From an uncultured Candidatus Saccharibacteria bacterium (GTDB taxonomy: Bacteria; Patescibacteriota; Minisyncoccia; Phycocordibacterales; CAIZLB01), in the NCBI GenBank assembly GCA_964520545.1, contig CAZFOD010000001.1, positions 57,969 through 121,968 on the forward strand: a stretch of DNA of 64,000 bases. Direction: 5' to 3'. The position numbers were made by a program, and so were the translations under genes. Positions 56,840-64,000 of the stretch are shown here, in pieces (the stretch's first letter is position 1; each line of letters starts with the position of its first letter). A model generated the notes under the pieces. It had not been told where the DNA came from, did no database searches, and saw nothing but the letters and a program-made list of their open reading frames with translations.

Positions 56840-57571
56840 GTGATGAATATGGTAGCTATATTCATCATCCTCACATTCATTGTGACATTCATTGGCGGAC
56901 TAGTCGGTCTTCGTTTTAAAGACCGTATGCATACAATTCTCGGCTTTACCGCTGGAGTTCTTTTGGCGGTTGTTGCGTTCGATATTCTTCCTGAAATATT
57001 CGAGTTAGCGAGTTCAACAGGTGCAGGGCTTGAGATGCCGATGATTGCTCTTGTTGTAGGGTTCCTCATTTTCCATATTGCTGAAAAGGTATTGCTCATT
57101 CATCATTCGCACGAGAAAAACTACGGGGAACACAAGCATCCAACAGTAGGAGTGTTTTCAGCTCTCGCTCTCTCAGCACATTCATTTCTCGATGGTGTTG
57201 GTATCGGTCTTGGTTTCCAGATTTCACCAGAGGTAGGTATTGTTGTTGCGATTGCGGTGCTTGCACATGATTTTTCCGATGGACTTAACACCGTATCATT
57301 GATGATTGCTCATAAAAATACAGATAAGAAAACACTTGCCTTGCTTTTCGTTGATGCTCTCGCACCTGTTTTAGGAGGTCTTTCCACTCTTTTCTTCACC
57401 CTCTCAGATCAAGCGCTCCTTGGATATCTTGGTTTCTTTGCAGGTTTCCTCTTGTATATCGGCGCATCAGACATTTTACCTGAGGCGCATAGTAAAGATT
57501 CGTCATTGCGTACTGTATTTGCCACTATTTTCGGGGTGTTGTTCATATTTCTCGTTTCGAGAGCGTTGTAG
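56840..57571 (+). CDS. ZIP-family zinc/iron permease (ZupT-like)
   Basis: 8 TM helices. HDFSDG and HSFLDG metal motifs. Confidence 0.8.
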   Translation: MMNMVAIFIILTFIVTFIGGLVGLRFKDRMHTILGFTAGVLLAVVAFDILPEIFELASSTGAGLEMPMIALVVGFLIFHIAEKVLLIHHSHEKNYGEHKHPTVGVFSALALSAHSFLDGVGIGLGFQISPEVGIVVAIAVLAHDFSDGLNTVSLMIAHKNTDKKTLALLFVDALAPVLGGLSTLFFTLSDQALLGYLGFFAGFLLYIGASDILPEAHSKDSSLRTVFATIFGVLFIFLVSRAL

Positions 57572-57587
57572 GTGATATAATAAAGGT

Positions 57588-58004
57588 ATGAGAAGTCAAA
57601 ACTTTGGTGCGATGGAGTCGCCTGTAACAAATGAAACAGGTCGACGAAAAATTCTAAGAAATCAGCTCATTTCTATGGTGCGTGAATTGTCTGAGCGTGG
57701 CATTACTGATTTTAGTAAACAGAATGATCCTGGGGTTGGTACTGCGATGGAAAAGTTTCAAGAGTATGCAGAAACAGCTAATGGTATAGAGGATCCTGAA
57801 GAGAAGCTTCGAGCATTTCTCGAAGAATACATGCTTATGTTTGATGCAGGGTTGGTTGTGGACAAGGATAGATTAGCTACGCTTGATGCGGAGCTCGACT
57901 CAGACTACCTCTCAAGGGCGAGAGAAGACAACTTCATTGGTTTGGAGCAAGATGTACTGGCGTATAAAAAGGCGATAGGTGAGAAGTTGAGTCAAATAAG
58001 GTAA
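57588..58004 (+). CDS. Hypothetical protein (138 aa)
   Basis: ORF with protein-like composition. Confidence 0.4.
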   Translation: MRSQNFGAMESPVTNETGRRKILRNQLISMVRELSERGITDFSKQNDPGVGTAMEKFQEYAETANGIEDPEEKLRAFLEEYMLMFDAGLVVDKDRLATLDAELDSDYLSRAREDNFIGLEQDVLAYKKAIGEKLSQIR

Positions 58005-58010
58005 AAGAAC

Positions 58011-58040
58011 AGACGGTCGGCACAAGAGCACCGACCGTCT
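58011..58040. terminator. Bidirectional terminator (agacggtcgg / ccgaccgtct, 10-bp stem)
   Basis: Perfect 10-bp inverted repeat between convergent genes. Confidence 0.7.
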
Positions 58041-58045
58041 TAACT

Positions 58046-58435
58046 TCACGTGAAATTCTCTCGGGGTTTTTCCGGAGGAAGTTCAACGACAAGGTCTCGT
58101 GTTCCAGGTTCTGGGAAGGGAATTGCACCTTTTGGGTACAGCTGACACAACCCAAGTCCGTTGACAGAGAACTCCACGACACCGGTCTCTTTCATGTTGA
58201 GGTTTTCAAGTTCGACATGGAGAGGCTTGTCAGTATGTGCGTGGGAACTCCACGCGCCTTCTTCACGAATTTTGCATTCGTACCAGCCGCCACTGACTTC
58301 AATTGTGACGCACGGCCCGTTGATTTTCAGGGAACTTATTTTTGCCCATTCCATGAACTTCTTTCCTTGTGTCAGAATCACTCCACCGACGAAACGGTCG
58401 TCGTGGATCCAGGACAGATTTTTTTTATTGTGCAT
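58046..58435 (-). CDS. Hypothetical protein (129 aa)
   Basis: ORF. No confident family. Confidence 0.4.
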   Translation of the reverse strand: MHNKKNLSWIHDDRFVGGVILTQGKKFMEWAKISSLKINGPCVTIEVSGGWYECKIREEGAWSSHAHTDKPLHVELENLNMKETGVVEFSVNGLGLCQLYPKGAIPFPEPGTRDLVVELPPEKPRENFT

Positions 58436-58543
58436 ATCAAACTTCCTCGGTAACTAAGGTTGGGTTTAGGGTTTGTACGTCAGGATTTGAACCTAGAGCG
58501 TATCTAAATTTCTATACTATATGACTTTTGGTATAAAGCAAAA

Positions 58544-59221
58544 TTATATCCCCCTTGTCTTTTCTGCGTCTCGAGAGTAGTCATCCCAGGCAAGTACCTT
58601 CCATCGCTCTTCTTTTGGTGGTCCAAACAATCCTTTACGATATTCGCATACGGTAATGGCGGCATTGTTTGAGGCGTTCACGATGCTTAGAGTGTTGTAG
58701 GTGGCAGCATTTAATCTTTCACCGTACTCAATGTATGCAACAACCATACGGAGGAAAATACCATGGGTGACAACGAGGATATTCTTTTCGGGGCGTGCGG
58801 CAAGGTAGTCGAGAAGTGCTCGTGCTCTGTCTTTCAAATCCTGGAAGTTTTCTTCATCAGAATGTCTGAAGTCATCGCTATGATATGACTTGTCGATTGT
58901 ATCGATGATGCGTTTTACTTCTGGATCACTAATTGATTTACCAATGATCTCAGAAGGATTTCTTCGTTCGTGGAGGAGATCCACATATTCAATGTGTTTA
59001 CCTCCTGGTATTTGTTCATTGATGATACCCGCTGTTTCTTTTGTTCGGACATATGGGCTAACCAATATTACGTCGATGACGTGATTTGCTAGTCTTTTAC
59101 CAGTTTCCACGGCTTGTTCTTTTCCTTTGTCACTGAGGCCTCCTTCAGAACCCTGCCTAATGCCAGCAGCGTTCAAAAGGCTCTCACCGTGTCTTACGAA
59201 ATAGAAAATTTTACGTGCCAT
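58544..59221 (-). CDS. Histidine phosphatase superfamily (phosphoglycerate mutase-like, branch 1)
   Basis: RHGES motif near the N-terminus, with a His later in the sequence. Confidence 0.75.
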   Translation of the reverse strand: MARKIFYFVRHGESLLNAAGIRQGSEGGLSDKGKEQAVETGKRLANHVIDVILVSPYVRTKETAGIINEQIPGGKHIEYVDLLHERRNPSEIIGKSISDPEVKRIIDTIDKSYHSDDFRHSDEENFQDLKDRARALLDYLAARPEKNILVVTHGIFLRMVVAYIEYGERLNAATYNTLSIVNASNNAAITVCEYRKGLFGPPKEERWKVLAWDDYSRDAEKTRGI

Positions 59222-59243
59222 ATTGTAGATAGTATACCAAGAG

Positions 59244-60797
59244 TTACGTTTCTGTCTTGCTGACTTTTGCTTGGTCGCTGTGATTTTCTACCATAATCAA
59301 TGTTATATATGTTCCAAGATATTCAACGGTAAAGTCTGATGAGAATTTTAATGCTGGAGAGTTCAACACATCGGCAAGTTCGGTGCGTTTTGCAATGATG
59401 TAATACCTGCCAGTACTTGTGGCTGTATCAATGTTGAAAATCTTAATTTTGTTCTCTGCGCTGTAGAATTTAAAGGTTTCATGTCCATTTTCTGTCATTT
59501 GATACACGCGCCCATTTTCGTTAAGGGGATAGATTTTTAATCCGGCCTCTCGTTCTTCTTTTGCTAATTGATATTGTTCTTGCATTGATTCGAGTCTGCG
59601 TTGTCCGATACTGATTGAGGTAGCTATGGAGACTATGATCAGAACAATACTAGCCACGACAGTAAGTAGGGTCGGAATATGTTTTGCATGTTGAATCTTG
59701 AAGAAGTGATATTGAATAGTTTCAACTCCAATAGCTACTGTGATTGCAAGAAATGGGTAGGTGAATATGGAAGGGGAATCAAAAAATATTGCAGTTACGG
59801 TAAGCAGAGTAATTGTACCCAGCAGTGATGATGTAAAGATATTGTAGTGAATACGATTAATGAAGAAAGGGGGAGCCAAAACCAAAGGAGCAAATATGAT
59901 GAAGAGAATGCTCCATGGTAACCCGCCTCCAATTATCCAAGCAATAGATTTCATAACTTCTGCATTCTCAAATGTGAAGATATTGATTGGGTTGTATCTG
60001 TGCAAAATTGCACCGCCAGAAATTAATATTTGATATATGTGCCATGGAAATATTGTTAAGGCAGCAATGAGAAGACCGTGTCTTCCATTTGTGTCTCTAA
60101 AGAATATTGCAATGTTGCGAGAAAAGTCTTTGTCTTTTTTGTTTGTAATAATATCTAACGCAATGATAGGTATTGCAAGCATGCCTACGAACCCACCCAC
60201 CATGCATCCAGTCGCTATGGCAATCCAGACCCAAAATATCCAAGATCGATCCTCATCTGCGCGGATGTATGCATAATATGCAAAGAGGATACTAGCAATT
60301 ACTAGTACATTAGGATTTACCTGTCTTACACCGTCGATGAATATTCCACTTGTAAGGAGTATGAGTGATGAGATTGTTGCAATCTTTCTGCTTCTGGTTT
60401 TTTGAAGCACAATGAGCCAAACTAAAATTATGGACACAACCCCAGCAATTGCAGTCGGTAAGCGCATGGTGAATTCATTCGGCCGGAAGTCATCGTTTAT
60501 TGCGGGAGTGAATATGGCTTTGAGGGAATGGGATATTTTTTCAACAATCATAACTGACCAAAAATATATGGGAGGGTTTTCTGTCCATTGTTCGTCACTT
60601 AATTTTAAAGTAAACGGATTCTGAGACATGGTCGTGTTTCGAACAACTTGGGCGTATACAGCTTCATTTCTATCAATAAAGGGTTCATCACCAAGGTTTG
60701 TGATATACAGGGCGGATGAGAGAATCCCCATGATCAATAAGGAGATCCACGGATGTAAAAGAGTGCCCCAGCGCTTTAATTGTTGTGTACCCGTCAT
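59244..60797 (-). CDS. GT-C fold glycosyltransferase (ArnT/PMT-like, family 39/83). Start trimmed to MTGTQQLKRW
   Basis: Polytopic membrane protein. The first extracytoplasmic loop carries the DE motif (DEPFIDRNEAVYA). The track ORF has a 100-codon spurious extension. Confidence 0.6.
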   Translation of the reverse strand: MTGTQQLKRWGTLLHPWISLLIMGILSSALYITNLGDEPFIDRNEAVYAQVVRNTTMSQNPFTLKLSDEQWTENPPIYFWSVMIVEKISHSLKAIFTPAINDDFRPNEFTMRLPTAIAGVVSIILVWLIVLQKTRSRKIATISSLILLTSGIFIDGVRQVNPNVLVIASILFAYYAYIRADEDRSWIFWVWIAIATGCMVGGFVGMLAIPIIALDIITNKKDKDFSRNIAIFFRDTNGRHGLLIAALTIFPWHIYQILISGGAILHRYNPINIFTFENAEVMKSIAWIIGGGLPWSILFIIFAPLVLAPPFFINRIHYNIFTSSLLGTITLLTVTAIFFDSPSIFTYPFLAITVAIGVETIQYHFFKIQHAKHIPTLLTVVASIVLIIVSIATSISIGQRRLESMQEQYQLAKEEREAGLKIYPLNENGRVYQMTENGHETFKFYSAENKIKIFNIDTATSTGRYYIIAKRTELADVLNSPALKFSSDFTVEYLGTYITLIMVENHSDQAKVSKTET

Positions 60798-60973
60798 AGC
60801 GCAACAATAACGTAACATCATGAAGACTTTATGAGGGAAAAGCTTGTGGTAAAGATTGCACCAGGACTTGTGCAGTTCATGTGTGATGCAATGTCTGCAT
60901 ATATAGATTTGCAAAAGAAATAATACACAGGAGTAGTCTGTACATCGAAACCCCTGATGTATAATCAAGGGTA

Positions 60974-62170
60974 ATGAAATCTTCATTGCTTCTTTACTCA
61001 ATCCTTGCACTTGTTGCTTTGCTTTCGATTGCCGCCACTTCTGAAAAGGGACAGATGGCTTTGGGAAGAAGTCTTGGTCAAATGTACGCCGCACCAGCCG
61101 CACTTACACTACCTTTAAACGTACCTGCAAATGCAGTTCAGTACGGTGATGAATGGTACTGCAAACCAGGATTCTACGTAAATGGTAATTCTTGTTCTAG
61201 CATTGAAATGACCCTGGGCACCCTCACCGATGGTCAAGGATGGTTTTGTGCGAATGGATACAAGAAGATGGGTAATTCCTGCGTAGCAGTTATTCCTCCT
61301 ACAAATGCTTTTGTCCATTATGATAAATGGTTCTGCAAGGCTGGATATATGAATAGCACTGACTATCAAACCTGCGTTCAGGTTGATAGGGCGGAGGATC
61401 TTAAGACATCTTCAACGGGTAAGAAGTATTGTATTAATGGATATACACAGGTAGGTAATTCGTGTCAGAAAGTTTCGGTACCTCAAAACGCTAGAGCATA
61501 CGGAACAGGATGGATTTGCGTTGATGGCTACAAGAAAGTAGGTAATCAATGTGAAGCTATTAGTAAGCCAGCAAATTCTCTTTTGTACGGTGATGATTGG
61601 TATTGCATACATGGATACAGGGCCGAGGGGAATTCTTGTGTCCCATTCTCAGTACCTGATGGAGCGTTTGTGTATGAAAATAAAATATATTGCTACGACG
61701 AACTAAAAGAAGTAGATGGAACATGTGTTACTGAGAATATCGGTGATACCAAATCTGTAGCAGATACATCAGGGAAGGGTGATGTTGGTACTAAGGATGT
61801 TGCGGTAAACAGAGCGGGGGATGTTACTACAAAAGATGTGCCTGTAAACGGGAGGGGTGATACTTCCAGCAGAGGTGATGTTGGCACAAAGGATGTTGCG
61901 GTAAACAGAGCAGGTGATGTTGCAAGAGACTCTATCGGGGATATGTCTCAAAAGAGTGATGTTGGTGGTGGGGATGTGTCTTCAGACAAGGTATCAGACA
62001 TGTCAGTTAAAAAAGGAGATGTTGTAAAAAATGACATCGGTCAAAAAGATTTGGGAGTTTCTGATAAGTTGAGGGCGGCAACAGACGCGGTGATTAAAAA
62101 AACAAAATCAATAATTGGAGATGTAGTAGGTAAGATAAAGGATTCTACACGTTCAATCTTTAAGAGGTAA
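60974..62170 (+). CDS. Secreted repeat protein: signal peptide, seven tandem roughly 38-aa modules each with a W-x-C-x-x-G-Y...G-N-x-C cysteine pair, then a GDV(G/A)xKDV low-complexity tail
   Basis: Repeats are visible in the translation (e.g. YGDEWYCKPGFYVNGNSC, GQGWFCANGYKKMGNSC, YGTGWICVDGYKKVGNQC, YGDDWYCIHGYRAEGNSC). Confidence 0.7.
   Translation: MKSSLLLYSILALVALLSIAATSEKGQMALGRSLGQMYAAPAALTLPLNVPANAVQYGDEWYCKPGFYVNGNSCSSIEMTLGTLTDGQGWFCANGYKKMGNSCVAVIPPTNAFVHYDKWFCKAGYMNSTDYQTCVQVDRAEDLKTSSTGKKYCINGYTQVGNSCQKVSVPQNARAYGTGWICVDGYKKVGNQCEAISKPANSLLYGDDWYCIHGYRAEGNSCVPFSVPDGAFVYENKIYCYDELKEVDGTCVTENIGDTKSVADTSGKGDVGTKDVAVNRAGDVTTKDVPVNGRGDTSSRGDVGTKDVAVNRAGDVARDSIGDMSQKSDVGGGDVSSDKVSDMSVKKGDVVKNDIGQKDLGVSDKLRAATDAVIKKTKSIIGDVVGKIKDSTRSIFKR
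61777..61917 (+). repeat. Two roughly 48-nt near-identical direct repeats inside the GDV tail coding region (ggtgatgttggYacWaaggatgttgcggtaaacagagcRggKgatgtt)
   Basis: Copies at about 61777-61824 and 61870-61917, differing at 4 positions. Confidence 0.6.
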
Positions 62171-62217
62171 AGCGGTTTGATTCGGCATGCTCTTATTAAG
62201 TTAGTAATTTAAACAAT

Positions 62218-62613
62218 ATGCAAAACAAAAATATAGTTATAGGCGTTCTCGCCCTCATCATTGCTCTTGGTGTTGGATATGCTATCGGAGCATCAATAAA
62301 TCGTTATGATAATGATGACTACGGTAGGGGCGGTATGCATATGATGCCTAATGGAAGTATGATGAATAACAGCATGGAGGGAATGATGATGGACATGAAC
62401 GCAGCTTTGATTGGAAAAACAGGAGACTCATTTGATAGAGCGTTCCTTGCAGAGATGATCGTTCATCACCAGGGTGCGGTAGAGATGGCAGGGCTCGCTC
62501 TTAAAAGCGCAAAACATCAAGAAATTAAAGATTTAGCAACTGCAATTATTGCTGCGCAAAACAAAGAAATTGCGGATATGAAAGCATGGGAAAAGACTTG
62601 GTACGGAAAGTAA
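62218..62613 (+). CDS. DUF305-family protein (ferritin-like four-helix metal-binding fold), membrane-anchored
   Basis: HHQGAVEMA motif. N-terminal TM. Confidence 0.6.
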   Translation: MQNKNIVIGVLALIIALGVGYAIGASINRYDNDDYGRGGMHMMPNGSMMNNSMEGMMMDMNAALIGKTGDSFDRAFLAEMIVHHQGAVEMAGLALKSAKHQEIKDLATAIIAAQNKEIADMKAWEKTWYGK

Positions 62614-62635
62614 AAAGGTAGAGAAATTGAAACTA

Positions 62636-62668
62636 AAACACCCGAGCGAAAGTCAGGGTGTTTTGTTT
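62636..62668. terminator. Bidirectional terminator between the DUF305 gene and ssrA
   Basis: acaccc...gggtgt stem followed by TTTTGTTTTT. Confidence 0.65.
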
Positions 62669-62676
62669 TTGATGTG

Positions 62677-63079
62677 TGGAGATGCCGGGAATCGAACCCG
62701 GGTGCAGGTGAGTTTCTTAGATGAATCTACGCGACGTAGAGGGTCTTTGCGGCAGAGCCGTTTTAAAGTTCGTTACTAGAAGACAGACAAAACGTAACGA
62801 ACCCGAGCTTTATGGTTTCGGCGGACGATTAAAGCAAATCGTCAACCTATTCTGAATATATACCACCGGCAGTTCTGCTTCAGAAAGACAGAACTGTGAT
62901 GTCGCTAGGCGTGGAGCGTTAGGCTCGGGCTGTTGCGAAGGCGAAGTCCTTCACCGCAAAAAACGGAGAAGCTACCGCTTGTCGTGCTTTAGCACTTAAG
63001 GGTTCCAGCAGTTTTACTAGTTACTGGAGCTAGATCGCGCACAAAGAAGAAATGACACTTGTCGAAGCCAATCATCCCC
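62677..63079 (-). ncRNA. ssrA: tmRNA (transfer-messenger RNA), about 403 nt, immediately downstream of smpB
   Basis: 5' GGGGAUGAUUGGCUUCGACA (tmRNA 5' consensus). Acceptor stem GGGGAUG/CAUCUCC with the G3-U70 alanine identity pair. 3' T-arm GGGUUCGAUUCCCGG, then discriminator A. An internal tag-like frame ends at UAA. Confidence 0.85.
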
Positions 63080-63086
63080 ATGTGTG

Positions 63087-63533
63087 TTATTGATTTTTCA
63101 ATGTTCTCCGAATCTCGCGGTCGGTATCACGCTTTTTGATAGATTCACGCTTATCGAACCGCTTCTTACCTTTAGCAATGCCAATTTCAATCTTGACCTT
63201 GCCCTTATTGTTGTACAGTGAAATTGGCACTATTGTCAATCCCTTACCGCTTTCAATATCAGAGAGTTCCTGTATCTCTTTTTTCTTAAGAAGGAGCCGT
63301 CTGTTTCGAGCTGGTTCATAGCCCTTTGGTGTATTGTTCTGTTGAAATGGGGGAATGGTAGCACCCACAAGATATGCTTCACCTCCACGCACTACAATAT
63401 ACGCTCCTTCGAGTGAACCGTGCCCTGTCTTTATTGCCTTTACCTCAAACCCAAAAAGCTCGATGCCAGCTTCGAAGGCTTTCTCGACATCGTAGTTGAA
63501 CCTTACCTTTCTGTTTTGGACAAAGGTTGTCAT
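63087..63533 (-). CDS. smpB: SsrA-binding protein SmpB
   Basis: SmpB family (GIELFGFEVKAIK...GTEIKSL-like region, C-terminal basic tail). Confidence 0.9.
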   Translation of the reverse strand: MTTFVQNRKVRFNYDVEKAFEAGIELFGFEVKAIKTGHGSLEGAYIVVRGGEAYLVGATIPPFQQNNTPKGYEPARNRRLLLKKKEIQELSDIESGKGLTIVPISLYNNKGKVKIEIGIAKGKKRFDKRESIKKRDTDREIRRTLKNQ

Positions 63534-63618
63534 TGGTTAAAAGTATATCAGAAGACATATATATACAATTCATTTTCATATAGCCAAACCTTATGCATGT
63601 ATTGTATACTCCAACTCT

Positions 63619-64000
63619 ATGACATCTCGAAAAACATCACATAAAAATGAAAGGGTAGAGAATCAGGGAGATCAAAAACCTCCGGTTAGAATCCCACGTC
63701 CTCCACGTAAGAGTCCAAAGGAACCAAAGCATCTCGTGTTTAATAATATTGTGGGCACTATTATCATTTTTGCTGCCATCATTGGCCTCTACACATATAC
63801 CGTAATTGGTACAGAAGTACCTGCGGTAATCAGCGTGTCTGAACTTGCAACAGATATTTCTGCTGGAAAGGTATCTTCAATCACTGTGTCAGGAGATGAT
63901 CTTTCAATTACATATACCGATGAATCAAAGAAAGAGTCAAAGAAAGAAACACAAAGTTCTCTTACCGAAACATTAAGTAACCTCGGGGTTGCAAAAGATC
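63619..64000 (+). CDS. ftsH: ATP-dependent zinc metalloprotease FtsH, N-terminal fragment (runs off the window)
   Basis: Basic N-terminus, TM helix, then the ISVSELATDISAGKVSSITVSGDDLSITY periplasmic-domain pattern typical of FtsH. Confidence 0.6.
   Translation, partial: MTSRKTSHKNERVENQGDQKPPVRIPRPPRKSPKEPKHLVFNNIVGTIIIFAAIIGLYTYTVIGTEVPAVISVSELATDISAGKVSSITVSGDDLSITYTDESKKESKKETQSSLTETLSNLGVAKD

Noticed and set aside
58455-58545. GGATTTGAACC (reverse complement GGTTCAAATCC, a T-loop-like motif) suggesting a minus-strand tRNA upstream of the 58046-58435 gene
   Set aside because: The T-stem has a terminal mismatch. The following 3' acceptor strand has no complementary 5' strand about 70 nt upstream, and there is no CCA or discriminator context. 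It is the 5' UTR of the minus-strand gene.
61150-61700. Possible CRISPR-like or minisatellite array suggested by periodic nucleotide repeats
   Set aside because: The periodicity is coding (seven protein-domain repeats of about 115 nt, diverged). There are no short identical direct repeats with unique spacers, so not CRISPR.

Overview
This is an AT-rich (about 40% GC by eye) bacterial segment whose gene content looks like the Candidate Phyla Radiation (Patescibacteria). It carries a long S10/spc ribosomal protein cluster with secY, adk and map, a second ribosomal block (rpsL, rpsG, fusA), and the tuf-to-rplB block. The CPR resemblance rests on a zinc-ribbon S14 (type Z), no rpmD (L30) between rpsE and rplO, and many small proteins with K-rich tails. 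Other recognisable genes are a complete type IV pilus operon (pilB, pilC, three prepilins, a large tip-like protein), a split comEC, tpiA-pgk, recJ, rnhA, tig-ppa-nusA, infC-rpmI-rplT, ssrA (tmRNA) next to smpB, and assorted metabolic and envelope genes. I found no CRISPR array, no rRNA, and no canonical tRNA gene. Parts of the sequence are not explained by these genes.

- **Twin hammerhead ribozymes.** Two covarying type-III hammerhead ribozymes sit about 480 nt apart on the + strand at the left edge. They could excise, and possibly circularise, a roughly 482-nt RNA.
- **High-GC four-gene island.** Immediately downstream of the ribozymes is a high-GC island beginning with a J-domain protein.
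- **Candidate ncRNA, + strand (26998..27436).** A GC-rich, ORF-poor region of about 440 nt has a near-consensus sigma70 promoter and an intrinsic terminator.
- **Candidate ncRNA, - strand (47478..48054).** A second such region of about 575 nt, also with promoter and terminator, lies convergent to a 936-aa HerA/TraG-like ATPase. I could not match either RNA to RNase P, SRP, 6S or tmRNA consensus.
- **Possible third unit (21244..21745).** A similar GC-rich unit with promoter and terminator holds an unrecognisable 136-aa ORF.
- **Envelope cassette inside the ribosomal cluster.** Three genes are inserted between rplB and rpsS; the first encodes a secreted protein whose C-terminus resembles RNase T1/Sa-family microbial RNases.
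- **Other unusual features.** sodA is inserted antisense between the two halves of comEC. An acyltransferase sits between rpsG and fusA. RNase HI carries a C-terminal hybrid-binding domain. A secreted protein has seven Cys-pair repeats.
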